A DNA stretch of 64,000 nt, taken from Candidatus Zhuqueibacterota bacterium. GTDB lineage: Bacteria; Electryoneota; RPQS01. This document shows, piece after piece, positions 10,402 to 21,500 of this stretch (its first letter is position 1; each line of letters begins with the position of its first letter). The notes beneath the pieces were generated by a model. That model saw nothing but the letters and a program-made list of their open reading frames with translations. It did not search any database and was not told the origin of the DNA. The stretch is from assembly GCA_003818605.1 (NCBI GenBank), contig RPQS01000023.1:321-64320 (forward strand). Reading direction: 5' to 3'. The position numbers and the translations under genes were made by a program.

Positions 10402-12162
10402 ATGAACGTTCTACTCTTTTTAGCCTTTTCCGCGCTGGCGTTTTGGATAGCTTATCGCACCTATGCCCGCTGGATTGCGCGCAAGCTGGAGGAAGATCCC
10501 AAGCACGTTACGCCCGCGGTGGAGTTCAATGACGGCCGCGATTACGTGCCGACCAAACGCCATGTAGTTTTCGCGCATCACTTTTCGGCCATTGCCGGAG
10601 CCGGGCCGATTCTTGGCCCCACCATGGCCGCACTGTACGGTTTTCTTCCCGCTTGGCTGTGGATTGTGCTGGGCGGAATTTTTATCGGAGCCGTGCACGA
10701 TTTCACCGCGCTCTTCATCAGCATGCGGGAGGGCGGCAAGTCCATGGCGGAAGTAGCGCGGCGCACGCTGGGACCGACCGGTTTTAATTTGTTCATCGCG
10801 TTTACCATCGTGATGATCGTGCTGGTCACGTCCTCGTTTCTCAGCGCCACGGCAATTTCGTTGACTTCGCTGTGGCCGCTCTCGAAGATCGGCGTGGAAC
10901 CCGGCCAAACGTTTTTGAAGACTGTTGTCAAGGACGGCGTGGTCATGGGGCGCATCGGCGGCATTGCGTCCATGTCGGTGATTGTCATTACGCTGTGTTC
11001 ACCGCTGTTGGGATGGCTCATGTTCCGCCGCGGCTTGCGTTTGATTTATGCCTATGGTCTGGCCGCGTTGATTTGCGTTGCTTCCGTTCTACTCGGAATC
11101 ACTTTTCCCGTGACGCTCGCGCCGCATGTGTGGATGGTAATTATTTCCATCTACGTGCTTTTTGCGGCGGGCACACCGGTTTGGGTGATTCTGCAGCCGC
11201 GCGATTTCATCAATGTGCAGATTCTGTACGGCGGCATCGTCCTCATGTTCGTGTCGCTGATTATCGCGGGTTTCGGGGGGATGAACGTTTCCATGCCGGA
11301 TTTCAACCTTGCCGAAGGCACGCAGAATCTCGGTTTGATTTGGCCGATGATGTTTATTACGATTGCCTGCGGCGCGATTTCCGGATTTCATTCGCTGGTG
11401 GCGGGCGGGACCACCGGCAAGCAATTGCCGCAGGAAACCGACGCCCGCAAAGTGGGCTACAACGCGATGCTGCTCGAATCTCTGCTGGCGGTGTGCGTGT
11501 TGCTGACCATTGCCGGTTCGCTTTCGTTCGTAGATTACAAATCCATCGTCTGGCCGACTGATCCGGCGGTCAAGTCGAATCCGATTTTAGGTTTTTCGCT
11601 TGCGGCGGGGAATTTATTCCATCGCGGTTTGGGCATACCGGTACCCTTGGGAACCGTGTTCGGAATTCTGCTGATTGAAGGATTCGTCGTTACGACGCTC
11701 GATGCCGCCGTGCGGCTCAACCGCTATCTGTTTGAGGAGTTGTGGGCAATTCTCTTTAAAAATCCGCCTGCGATTCTCAAGCATTACTGGTTCAATTCCG
11801 GTTTGTCCGTCGTCTTAATGTGGATACTGGCCTATTCCAACGCGTTCAGCACGCTGTGGCCGATTTTCGGAACGGCCAATCAGCTTCTGGCCGCGCTCGG
11901 ACTCTTGGCGGTGTCCAGTTGGCTTTTGCTGCGCAAACGAAAATATTCATTCACGCTGCTTCCGGCGATCTTCATGATCTGCACGACAATAGCATCGTTG
12001 ATCATTCTCCTTTTCAAATATTCCAAACAGAACAACGTATCGCTTATTGTCGCCGATGCAATTATGCTGGGACTCGCAGTCGGCGTTGTCACGCTGGTTG
12101 TTCGCACCTTCATCAAACCGGCCGCCGCCGCGTCCGAGCGGATTCCGGCCGCGGAAAAGTAG
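10402..12162 (+). CDS. cstA: carbon starvation protein CstA family transporter
   Basis: HHFSAIAGAGPILGP signature; polytopic 586-aa protein. Confidence 0.9.
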   Translation: MNVLLFLAFSALAFWIAYRTYARWIARKLEEDPKHVTPAVEFNDGRDYVPTKRHVVFAHHFSAIAGAGPILGPTMAALYGFLPAWLWIVLGGIFIGAVHDFTALFISMREGGKSMAEVARRTLGPTGFNLFIAFTIVMIVLVTSSFLSATAISLTSLWPLSKIGVEPGQTFLKTVVKDGVVMGRIGGIASMSVIVITLCSPLLGWLMFRRGLRLIYAYGLAALICVASVLLGITFPVTLAPHVWMVIISIYVLFAAGTPVWVILQPRDFINVQILYGGIVLMFVSLIIAGFGGMNVSMPDFNLAEGTQNLGLIWPMMFITIACGAISGFHSLVAGGTTGKQLPQETDARKVGYNAMLLESLLAVCVLLTIAGSLSFVDYKSIVWPTDPAVKSNPILGFSLAAGNLFHRGLGIPVPLGTVFGILLIEGFVVTTLDAAVRLNRYLFEELWAILFKNPPAILKHYWFNSGLSVVLMWILAYSNAFSTLWPIFGTANQLLAALGLLAVSSWLLLRKRKYSFTLLPAIFMICTTIASLIILLFKYSKQNNVSLIVADAIMLGLAVGVVTLVVRTFIKPAAAASERIPAAEK

Positions 12163-12168
12163 GATTCA

Positions 12169-12534
12169 ATGGCTCAATCCGATTCCATCAACAACTCGCT
12201 CTGGCTGGATAATGCTCCCTTTGCCGCAACGGTCTGCGATAAAGCCGGGATCATTCAATATATGAACCGCAAAGCTTGCGAAACGTTCGCGAGCGACGGC
12301 GGCGAAAAATTGATCGGCACGAATGTGTTAGACTGCCATCCCGAACCGTCGCGGACCAAAGTGCTCGATATGTTGGAGCGCGGCGAGTCTAATATCTACA
12401 CGATTGAAAAGAACGGCGTGAAAAAGCTCATCTATCAGATGCCGCGTATCGAACACGGAAAACTCTGCGGGCTGGTCGAGTTGTCGCTCGAAATTCCTTT
12501 CGACATGCCGCATTTCATCCGCAAGAATTCGTAA
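12169..12534 (+). CDS. stand-alone PAS domain protein
   Basis: 121 aa. The pattern AGIIQYMNRKACETF...LIGTNVLDCHP...IYTIEKNG fits a PAS fold. Starts 7 nt after the cstA stop. Confidence 0.7.
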   Translation: MAQSDSINNSLWLDNAPFAATVCDKAGIIQYMNRKACETFASDGGEKLIGTNVLDCHPEPSRTKVLDMLERGESNIYTIEKNGVKKLIYQMPRIEHGKLCGLVELSLEIPFDMPHFIRKNS

Positions 12535-12566
12535 TGCACCTGTCCGTCTGACGCGAGGACTTCCAC

Positions 12567-13109
12567 ATGGATTGGTATCTCTCTTGGGTCAGCGCTTCTC
12601 CGCTGCAATCCGCCGCGGTGCAATTTGGAATACTGGGCACACTGGGCGAATTGATTTCTCACGTTCTTAAAACCCGTCGCATCGGGCTGCCTTGTTCTCT
12701 GCTCCAGTTGGCGGGTCGAATTCTGGCGTGGGCTGTTTTAGGAATTGTCATCAAGTATGGCTTCACCGGCATGAAGGGATTTGTCGCGGCTTTGAATGAG
12801 CACAACCTGCTGCCCGCCGCGTGCATGGACGGCTTGGGTTGGGCATTCGCGGTTTCGGTATTCACCAACGTGCTGTTCGGGCCGCAAATGATGTTGTTTC
12901 ATCGCGTCGAAGAAAATCTCATTGCTCGCCGCTGGACGCTGGAAGGAATGCCGCGGGCGTGGTTCACGCTGATCTGGTTTTGGATCCCCGCGCATACGGT
13001 CACTTTTTCGCTGCCGAAAGATTATCAGATCGGACTGGCCGCGCTCTGGTCGGTTGCACTCGGCCTCATCATGGGATTAACCGCCCCCAAGCCCATTGCT
13101 AAATCTTAG
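12567..13109 (+). CDS. small integral membrane protein (possibly Mpv17/PMP22-like); function unknown
   Basis: 180 aa with 4 hydrophobic segments. The tail WFWIPAHTVTFSLP loosely resembles the Mpv17/PMP22 C-terminal motif. Confidence 0.6.
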   Translation: MDWYLSWVSASPLQSAAVQFGILGTLGELISHVLKTRRIGLPCSLLQLAGRILAWAVLGIVIKYGFTGMKGFVAALNEHNLLPAACMDGLGWAFAVSVFTNVLFGPQMMLFHRVEENLIARRWTLEGMPRAWFTLIWFWIPAHTVTFSLPKDYQIGLAALWSVALGLIMGLTAPKPIAKS

Positions 13110-13236
13110 GGGTGTGTCCGGTTTGCTTTTTCGTGGGTTTCGGACTATATTACTCTGTTGTTTTCCGGCCGGTTTTGACCTTTGCGCATGCGGAGATACG
13201 CGTGAAGATCCCGGCCGTTGGTTTCGATAACGAGGT

Positions 13237-16200
13237 GTGATGATGTTTGCGTTATTTTCTTTAATTCAAAAGCAACGCCATAAATACGGCTGGCTTTGTC
13301 TGACTCTAATTTTGCTGACCGTTTCCGGCGTACAGGCACAGGTTGGCGCGGGGGGAATTCCTTTTAGTTTTCAGCGCAATCTTCCCGACGCGGTGCCCAC
13401 GGTTCAAATGCCACAGGTGGATGTGGCGATTTATCTTGCCGAAGATGCGAACGTTTCGAAAGATGAACCGTTCCGGTTCGGCGCACCCATCGAAGTGCAT
13501 TACACGTTGGAAAATTCCGGGCAATGGACTACGCTTCCCGACGGCAGTCGGATCTGGAGACTGCGCATTTCATCACCCGGAGCCTATTCGATTAATCTGC
13601 TGTACGACGCGTTTTATCTTCCCGAAGGCGCGGAACTGTTTTTGTACAACGACCGTCAGACTCAAGTGATCGGCGCATTCACCAGCGCGAACAATTGGAT
13701 TGACGGAACCGGTGCGACCCAGCCATTGGCCGGAGACGCCACGACACTCGAATACTTTGAGCCTGCATCCGTTGCCGGTCACGGAAGAATTTCCATTTCG
13801 CGCGTGGTACACGCCTATCGGAACGTGTTCGGCTATCGCAATCATTTGGATGACTACGGCGATTCCGGAACATGCAACAACAATGTGAATTGCCCGGAAG
13901 GTCTGCCATGGCAGAATGAAAAACGCAGCGTAGCCTTGATTATAGACCAAGGTTTCCGCCTCTGCACCGGTTCCCTCATCAATAACACATCCAACAATTT
14001 CACGCCGTATTTCCTCACCGCCAATCACTGCATTGAAAGCAGTGATGAGACCCACTGGGTGTTCGTTTTCAATTATGAAAGTCCCGGCTGCGATAATCAG
14101 AATGTGCCGACCAATCAAACGGTATCTAACGCGATTCTCCGGTCCACAAACGCCGCCTCCGACTTTGCATTACTGCAACTGTCCACGAATATTCCTGAGG
14201 CTTACCATCCGTATTTCAACGGCTGGTCGCGCATTGACACTCCTTCGACCAATTCCTGCGCGATTCACCATCCCGAAGGCGACATCAAGAAAATTTCTTT
14301 CGACAATAATCCCACGACCAGCGACCGGTATCTCGGCTCATCAGGCGTGGCCGGCTCCCATTGGAAAATCACGACGTGGGATGACGGCACGACCGAGGGC
14401 GGTTCCTCGGGTTCGCCTCTGTTCGACCAGAATCACCGCATTATCGGCCAGCTTCACGGAGGATATGCCGCGTGCGGCAATACGCTCTCGGACTGGTACG
14501 GCAAATTCGCCATGTCGTGGGCTTACGGAACCAGCGCTTCAACGCGCCTTCGCGACTGGCTTGATCCCGCCAACACGGGCGTATGGACACTCGATGGAAT
14601 TGATCCGACCGTAGCGGGGCGCATCGGCGGAGTGGTTGTGGATCCGTACGGCGATCCGCTTAGCGGCGTACGCGTGCATGTGATAGACAGCACGCAGGAA
14701 ACCACAACCAATGCGCTGGGTGAATACATGCTGGCGCTGCCTTCGGGCACGTTCCATCTTGAATTCACCAAGTTCGGTTATCAGCACATGGTGCAAAACA
14801 ATGTTACGGTAGTCCAAAACGATACGGTGTGGGTCAATGTGGTCATGGCGGCGGTTCCCGCCGGAATTCTGGCGGGCACCGTAACTACGCAAGACGGAAC
14901 TCCCTTGCAAAATGCGAGCGTATTCATTTCCGGCACGCCATACGATACGATGCAGACCGATGAATACGGTCACTTCTTTGTAGAACTTCCCGCCACAAGC
15001 TATTCCGTTCATGTGCTGTTCTCCGCAGCTACCAATCCCCCTCTGAACGTGCGGACAGATACGACACTGACGGTACTGCCCGGCGACACGACCCATGCCA
15101 CGGTAATCCTCTACATCTCACTGATTGAACCGGCCGGACCCGATGCGTATGGCTATCGCGCGTACGACCGTTATGACCGAGATCTGCCCGCCCCTTATGA
15201 TTGGATTGAACTCGATCCCTCCTTCGGCGCGCCCGGCATGCCGTTTTCTTTTACCGCGTCGGATTCATCGGCTATTCTTACCGCACCGTTCCCGCTCACG
15301 TTCTACGGCGGCAGTTCCGACACGCTGACCGTGAACGCAAACGGATGGCTGCTGCCCGGCATTCATCGCGAAACCGGATCGGTGAATTCGCCGATTCCAT
15401 ACAACGCAGGCAACGATCCCGCCGGGATTATCGCGCCGTTCTGGGACCGCATGCAGGTCGGACTCGGCAATCAGCAGTTCACATGGTATGATTCGCGTTT
15501 TCATCGCTGGATTCTGGAATTCACGGCGCAGCGCGTGTTGAATCCGACCAATCGCCTGCAAAACTGGCAAGTGCATTTTCTCGATCCCGTGTTCTATCCG
15601 ACTCGCACGGGCGATTGCGAAATTCTCTTTATCTACAGCCGGATGGATCATCTCACGGATTGCACTATCGGAATTGAAAACCCGAACGAGCAATCCGGTT
15701 TGCAGCTTCTCTACAACAGCGCACTGAATACAACATGCTGGCCAATTGAAGACGGCGCGGCGATTCGCTTCACGACGGGCCGCTCCTCCGAATCCGGCGG
15801 CGTCACCGTGAGTCTTACGCTCTATCCGGCGGCTCCGGATTTGTCCGGCGCTACCATCTTTATGGCGGGATGCGCAATCACCGCGAATGCCGAGAATGCG
15901 TTCGTGCATGAGTCGGTTCCCGCCGTTTCCGCCGCCGCGATGTTATTTTTCGCCGGCTATGAAGCGGCTCGTATTTCCGGTATTCCTGTTCAGCCAAATG
16001 TAATGAATCAAGCGGCGATGGAAGCCTGGCGGCTCGATCCGCCTTCGCAGCTTTACGCTTCGCAGTATGACGGAATCGTAACGCTTTCGTGGCGCAAACC
16101 CGAATCCATTCTGGCGGCTCCCAATCCCGATGCGCGCTATGCGGTGTATCGCAACGGAACGCGAATCGCGCAATCTTTGGCGGACACGGTCTTTACCGAT

Positions 16201-16596
16201 GAAGTGCAGCCAAACGGACAAGAAGCGACGTATCGCGTGGTCACCCAATACCGTTATGGAGTCTCCGCTCCGTCCGATTCCGTGCATTTGGTGATTGACC
16301 TGGCCGCAGACGAAAACATTTCAGCGCTTCCCGCCGTCTACGCGCTGCATCCGGCCTATCCGAATCCGTTCAATCCATCGGCAACTTTAGCATATGACCT
16401 GCCGCGCGCGGGCCGTGTGAGCATTAATCTTTACAATGTGAACGGACAGCGGGTGGCCACACTGGTTGACAATGTACAAGCCGCCGGTTTTTATCACGTG
16501 ATGTGGAACGCCGCCGGACAGCCCTCCGGAATGTATCTGGCCGTGTTCGAAAGCGGCGGTCATCGGTTTGTGCAGAAGATGCTTCTGCTTAAATAG
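13237..16596 (+). CDS. secreted trypsin-fold (S1) serine endopeptidase (lysyl-endopeptidase-like) with carboxypeptidase-regulatory-like repeats and a T9SS C-terminal sorting domain
   Basis: Signal peptide. LTANHC (catalytic His) and TEGGSSGSPLF (catalytic Ser). Repeated GxVxD..G.PL..A.V beta-sandwich units. C-terminal YPNPFNPSATLAYDLP...GMYLAVF...KMLLLK is a T9SS CTD. Confidence 0.85.
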   Translation: MMMFALFSLIQKQRHKYGWLCLTLILLTVSGVQAQVGAGGIPFSFQRNLPDAVPTVQMPQVDVAIYLAEDANVSKDEPFRFGAPIEVHYTLENSGQWTTLPDGSRIWRLRISSPGAYSINLLYDAFYLPEGAELFLYNDRQTQVIGAFTSANNWIDGTGATQPLAGDATTLEYFEPASVAGHGRISISRVVHAYRNVFGYRNHLDDYGDSGTCNNNVNCPEGLPWQNEKRSVALIIDQGFRLCTGSLINNTSNNFTPYFLTANHCIESSDETHWVFVFNYESPGCDNQNVPTNQTVSNAILRSTNAASDFALLQLSTNIPEAYHPYFNGWSRIDTPSTNSCAIHHPEGDIKKISFDNNPTTSDRYLGSSGVAGSHWKITTWDDGTTEGGSSGSPLFDQNHRIIGQLHGGYAACGNTLSDWYGKFAMSWAYGTSASTRLRDWLDPANTGVWTLDGIDPTVAGRIGGVVVDPYGDPLSGVRVHVIDSTQETTTNALGEYMLALPSGTFHLEFTKFGYQHMVQNNVTVVQNDTVWVNVVMAAVPAGILAGTVTTQDGTPLQNASVFISGTPYDTMQTDEYGHFFVELPATSYSVHVLFSAATNPPLNVRTDTTLTVLPGDTTHATVILYISLIEPAGPDAYGYRAYDRYDRDLPAPYDWIELDPSFGAPGMPFSFTASDSSAILTAPFPLTFYGGSSDTLTVNANGWLLPGIHRETGSVNSPIPYNAGNDPAGIIAPFWDRMQVGLGNQQFTWYDSRFHRWILEFTAQRVLNPTNRLQNWQVHFLDPVFYPTRTGDCEILFIYSRMDHLTDCTIGIENPNEQSGLQLLYNSALNTTCWPIEDGAAIRFTTGRSSESGGVTVSLTLYPAAPDLSGATIFMAGCAITANAENAFVHESVPAVSAAAMLFFAGYEAARISGIPVQPNVMNQAAMEAWRLDPPSQLYASQYDGIVTLSWRKPESILAAPNPDARYAVYRNGTRIAQSLADTVFTDEVQPNGQEATYRVVTQYRYGVSAPSDSVHLVIDLAADENISALPAVYALHPAYPNPFNPSATLAYDLPRAGRVSINLYNVNGQRVATLVDNVQAAGFYHVMWNAAGQPSGMYLAVFESGGHRFVQKMLLLK

Positions 16597-16618
16597 CATC
16601 GTTAAAAACTCTCCCGTA

Positions 16619-16648
16619 AAAAACCCCGGCATGTGCCGGGGTTTTTTG
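16619..16648. terminator. bidirectional rho-independent terminator between convergent genes
   Basis: AAAAA-CCCCGGC-ATGT-GCCGGGG-TTTTTT: a 7-bp GC stem flanked by an A-run and a T-run. Confidence 0.85.
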
Positions 16649-16666
16649 TTTATGCGTAATGGAAAA

Positions 16667-17143
16667 TTATTTCTTCTCGCTCTCATCCGGCATGCCCGTC
16701 AGAATCATGAACTTTGCATCGGCCCTTGCCATGACTTGGCCGTCCTGCAGGATTTCACAGGATAAAAAGTGCAGTCTCGTCGTGGATTTGTCTATGCGCG
16801 CTTTTACCGTAGCTTTTTGATGCAGTTTTACGGAATGAAGATAGCGAATCGTGAGTTCCGCCGTCACCGCGTCAATTTGAAGGGCGAACATACAGTTGCT
16901 CATCGCGCTGTCCATGATCGCGGCCAATACTCCGCCGTGAACCATTCCCGGAAAGCCCTGATAAGTGGCTTCGCAATCGAAGTCCGCGACAACGTCGCCG
17001 TTGTCCTCCATCCTGAACATAAGCCGGAGTCCGTGTTCGTTTTTCGATCCGCAGAGCCGGTTGTACGGATGGCGGGTGTCGCGCACCGCTTTTAAAATTT
17101 CATTGGCGGCGGCGATGTTTATAGTGGATGGATTTTGCATCAT
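16667..17143 (-). CDS. PaaI-family hotdog-fold thioesterase
   Basis: FPGMVHGGVLAAIMDSAMSNC motif; 158 aa. Confidence 0.8.
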   Translation of the reverse strand: MMQNPSTINIAAANEILKAVRDTRHPYNRLCGSKNEHGLRLMFRMEDNGDVVADFDCEATYQGFPGMVHGGVLAAIMDSAMSNCMFALQIDAVTAELTIRYLHSVKLHQKATVKARIDKSTTRLHFLSCEILQDGQVMARADAKFMILTGMPDESEKK

Positions 17144-17226
17144 CTTTTGTTAAGCTCTTCCGACAGCCCATATCTTGTACGATTATGGATATTATGGGCC
17201 TGCCCTCGGTCGGTTTGTCTTCGATT

Positions 17227-18222
17227 CTATGCAATTGTAATGGCGACCGGTCCCTTTCGCTGTCCGCTTTCCGCGTACCGGTGCGCTTCGGCGGCTTGTT
17301 CCATCGGAAAAGATTTATCAATGATTGACTTCATCTTTCCGGCCACAATGAGCTCCCTGACAGCATCTAAATCCGCTTTACTCCCCGGCGCTAAACCGCA
17401 AATAGCGTGCTTTCCGTCCGCCGTTTTTCCCCGCTTCGCCTGAATCAGCTGTCTTATTTTGAAGCTCACGAACAGATATTTGCCGTTGGGCTTGAGGGCA
17501 TTTCTGGCCTGCGAAAACGATCCTCTTCCCAGAATATCCACGATCAAGTCATAGCGCGCCGCGTTCCGCTGATAATCATCCTTGGTATAGTCCAGGACTT
17601 CATCCGCACCCAACGCTTTGACGAAATCGAATCTCGCGGCTCCACACACGCCTGTAACGTGCGCGCCGTAATATTTAGCGATCTGAACCGCCGCCGATCC
17701 GATTCCCCCGCTCGCGCCAATGATCAGTACATTCTGACCTTTTTGAATGTGCATCTCGCGGAGCAAATGAATCGCCATGATGGAGCCCATGGGAATGACG
17801 GCGGCTTCTTCGTATGTCATATTAGCGGGCTTGAAATCCACGGTTCCGGTTTCCGGCACGCAAACGTACTCCGCATACGCTCCCATGTTCTGACCGAGAT
17901 ATCCGAAGACCTGATCTTTCGCCTTGAACGATTTTACACTCTTGCCCACGGCTTCGATCTCGCCCGCGAACTCGCTTCCCAAAACGTGCACACGCGGTCT
18001 ACGGAAACCGAAATAAAACTTCGCCATCAACAAGAACAGGGAAGGCATGTTGAATTCCCGCATCGTGACTTCGTTCAGCCGCCGCGCCAGGAGATCCCCA
18101 TATCCAACAGACGTCGCGCGAACCTTGACCAGAATCTCGTTGTCCTTCGGAACGGGCTTTTCGACATCCTGCAGATGCAGCACGTCCGGCGCTCCGTACT
18201 CTGTAAACACAATGGCTCTCAT
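17227..18222 (-). CDS. NAD(P)-dependent MDR-family alcohol dehydrogenase / quinone oxidoreductase
   Basis: ILVKVRATSVGYGD and VLIIGASGGIGSAAVQIAK (Rossmann GxGxxG); 331 aa. Confidence 0.85.
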   Translation of the reverse strand: MRAIVFTEYGAPDVLHLQDVEKPVPKDNEILVKVRATSVGYGDLLARRLNEVTMREFNMPSLFLLMAKFYFGFRRPRVHVLGSEFAGEIEAVGKSVKSFKAKDQVFGYLGQNMGAYAEYVCVPETGTVDFKPANMTYEEAAVIPMGSIMAIHLLREMHIQKGQNVLIIGASGGIGSAAVQIAKYYGAHVTGVCGAARFDFVKALGADEVLDYTKDDYQRNAARYDLIVDILGRGSFSQARNALKPNGKYLFVSFKIRQLIQAKRGKTADGKHAICGLAPGSKADLDAVRELIVAGKMKSIIDKSFPMEQAAEAHRYAESGQRKGPVAITIA

Positions 18223-18306
18223 TGTCGCAATTCCGTTATCTTTTCAATGGCCTTCGCCGGACATTCCTTAATGGAAAAAGGGCTTCATCACAGAAACCCT
18301 TATCCT

Positions 18307-18370
18307 TGGCGGCGCGACCGGGATTCGAACCCCGGATACTGTTTCCAGTTTCTACGCGTTCCAAGATACG
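18307..18370 (-). pseudogene. tRNA-derived 3' fragment, copy 1 (anticodon-arm-like, long variable arm, T-arm, acceptor 3' strand plus CCA); degenerate, no foldable 5' half
   Basis: Minus strand reads ...CTTGGAACGCGTAGAAACTGGAAACAGTATCCGGGGTTCGAATCCCGGTCGCGCCGCCA. The T-loop TTCGAAT is present, but the T-stem has a mismatch or an 8-nt loop. I could not build a D-arm or a matching acceptor 5' strand upstream. Confidence 0.5.
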
Positions 18371-18398
18371 AAAATAATGGAAATTCCGCAACCCGTGC

Positions 18399-18422
18399 GC
18401 CGGCATTTACCGAAATGCCGGC
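18399..18422 (-). terminator. 10-bp hairpin about 100 nt downstream of the 1695-aa gene stop, with no clear U-tract
   Basis: GCCGGCATTT-ACCG-AAATGCCGGC, a perfect stem. Confidence 0.4.
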
Positions 18423-18520
18423 GGATTCGCAATGAACCGTGAACAACCAATGAATAAATTACAAAAAGCACTCCCGTGCAGACGATGAGAGTGCCTTTTG
18501 ATGAATCGGAAGAGGAATCG

Positions 18521-21500
18521 CTATTTGATCAGAAGCATTTTCCCGATTTTCGAGAAATCACCCGCATTCATGCGCACCCAGTACATCCCGGACGGAAGAT
18601 TGCGCGCATCATACAGGATTCGGTGGCGGCCGGGCGCCATCATTCTGCTCACGGGCCGCGCGACTTCCTGTCCCATGATATTAAAGAGAATCAGCTCGAC
18701 GAAGCTCTCTTTCGGAACATCGAAACTCAGGGAAGTCGCCGCGTTAAACGGATTGGGATAGTTCTGGTGTAGAGCGAATTCCGTGGGCAGAGACAATGGA
18801 TCGTCCGCGGAACTGACGACACTCAGGTCAACGCGAAGCGTATATGGACTGCCGACGGCGTTATACGTGATGACCAGATTCGAGACAAGTTCCCCGAGAC
18901 TATCCAGCGCGCTCGTTTGAACCGTAATCGTTGCCGATTGATTCGGATTCACTACGCCGGACGCCGGATGGATCGACAGCCATTCGCTGGTGTCAACAAT
19001 GGAGAAATTCAACGGGCATTGGCCGTTGGAATTCCGGATCGTGAAGGTATCTGAAACCGCCACACCCTGAAAGGCCATCAGCGGCATGGATGTTCTGCTA
19101 AGCTGCGCCACAGGGGCGCGCAGTCGAATATCCCGTTGCGTGTCGGCGCCTTCTGAAACTACGACGCCGGCGACTGTCGAATCGCAATAATGCATGTGAT
19201 CGAAGTTGATCGCATATGTGCCGGGATCGAGGCCCAGCCGGTAATGCCCGGTTGAATCCGTGAGAACCGTGTCTGCTGAACCCGTGGCCCAGATGCGGGC
19301 GTTGACTATCGGCTGATTGTTGCCGAAGCTGCCGACAAAACCGGCGACTCCACTCGGAGACTGCAGACCCCAAATTATCATGTCGTCGAAGAAAAAGCCC
19401 ATGTAGTTGGGCACGGACGGGTCCGTACTGAATTCGAATCGGAACATCGGAACTTGACCCATCAACTGGCCGATCGGAATGACCGTATATTGCCATTCGA
19501 ATTGCACATGACCGCTCCAGGCGGGTTGTCCGCCCATGAATGTGTTCACCGTATTCATGGATGCGACATTGTACGGATTTTGCGATGGAGTGAGAACCGT
19601 CCAAGTTTGTCCTGCGTCTACGCTGGCTTTAAAATTGCAGCCGTCGTAATTCAATTCCGAATCGAACCGGAACCAGAATTCCACGGTTGCCGTCGGGCTT
19701 TGCACAATCTGATTGGGGATGAAATCCAGTTTGTAGTCCACGCTGTTCGCGTAGTTCGCACTCATGCCGGTGCCCCACATATTTGCACCGCCATGCGGCG
19801 CGGGAGCTGAAGCGTTTGTCGGCGCTCCCCATGACCAGCCGCCGGTCGCGCCGGGTATCCATCCGCCGTCGTCCATTTCAAAATCGTTCACATAGCTGGG
19901 ATTTCCAACTGTAATGGTCGCAGATCGCGTTGGTCTGCCCCAATAGGGGGCATTATAAGGCCGGATCACATAGGTCTGAAGCCCTACCGGAGCCTGCACA
20001 TGCGTGAATGTCTGCATACCTGCGGCAACCAATCCCAGTCGCATTCCGGTCGTCATCGCTCCCAGCCAGATTTCCACGCTGTCTATAGGGGATGGATTTC
20101 CTTGCGTGTCCAGTGTGGGGTCCGTCCATGTCAGAACCACATTGGGTGGTGTGTAAACGCCGGACAAATTCGTGCAGGGCTGCGGGACTCCTGCTACAAC
20201 CTCCGCCCCCCAAATCGTCAGGTCGTCAATGAAGAATCCGGAATAATGCGTCGAGCTGTTGCTGCCGAACTCAAACCGGAACATCGGAACCTGACCCATG
20301 AACTCACCGATCGGAATCACACAGTACTGCCATATTCGCGGAGTGGTTCCGGCCCACGCCGGTTGACCGCTTAAGCAGGGCGTGGACGTGCTGACCGACG
20401 CAAGATTGTAATTTCCTTCCGTGGGAGTCAGAATCGTCCAGGTGGAACCGCCGTCCAGGCTCGCTTTGAAATTGCAGCCGTCATAAGTCGCTTGCGAGTA
20501 GTAATAGAACCAGAATTCCACCGTTGCCGTAGGACTGGTAACCACCAATCCGCTGTCCAAATCCAGCTGCCAGCAGGCACTCGCGGTATAGTCTGCAAAT
20601 AATCCTGTTCCGACGCAGTTCGTTCCGCTGTGCGGTGCAGGAGCATTCGCATTTGACGGTGTTCCACACGCCCAGCCGCCCTCCTGCTGCGGTTCCCATC
20701 CGCCAATACCCGCTTCGAAATTGTTGAAGTAACCCGGACTGCCGACCGGTAGTTCTATCGAAGTCGGCGCACCGTAATACCCATCGTTAAGCGGGCGGAT
20801 TGTATAGGTATTCAGACCGATGGGAGCATTCTGATGCGTGAAGGTTTGTGCGCCCTGAACGACTCTTCCGATCATGCTCCCTGTTCCGGCTTCGCCAAGC
20901 CAGATTTCAACGGAGTCTATGGTAACCGGATTCCCGTGAATGTCCTGAGTCGGATCCGTCCACGTAAGCATTAGGTCGGGCGCTGTATATAGTCCTACTA
21001 AGTTCGTGCATGGCAGTGGAATGCCCGCCTGTTGGCCGGCACCCCAGATGATTAAGTCGTCGAAGAAGAAGCCGGGGTAGGTGTTCGTTGAGGCGTTGGT
21101 GGCGAATTCAAACCGGAAGATCGGTACCTGTCCCAAGAATTCGCCAATCGGCACCACACAGTGTTGCCATGTTCGCGGCGTCGTTCCCGCCCATGCCGGC
21201 TGACCGGTCATGCACGATCCCGTTCCCATAGAAGCCAGATTATAGGCGGCTTCCGTGGGTGTTAGAATATCCCACGTTGCACCATTGTCAATACTTGCCT
21301 TGAAGTTCGCACCGTCGTATGTAGACGATGAGTAATACGAATGCCAGAATTCGATGTAAGCATCTCCACTCGTAACGGCTAAGCCGGCGTTCAGATCCAA
21401 CTGCCAGCAGGCATTGTTGGCATAATCCCCGAACAAACCGGTGCCCCAGAGGCTTACTCCACTATGAGGCGCCGGGGCGTCAGCTTCGGTCGGCGTACCC

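Noticed and set aside
18307-18402. Interpreting either tRNA-like locus (18307-18402 or 24191-24290, minus strand) as an intact type-II tRNA gene.
   Set aside because: By hand I could build only the variable arm, the T-arm and the acceptor 3' strand. There is no D-arm and no complementary acceptor 5' strand (GGAGAGA or GGCGCGA absent; GGCGCAC pairs 5 of 7 at best). The anticodon-like stem encloses a 6-nt loop. I kept them as fragments pending tRNAscan-SE or ARAGORN.
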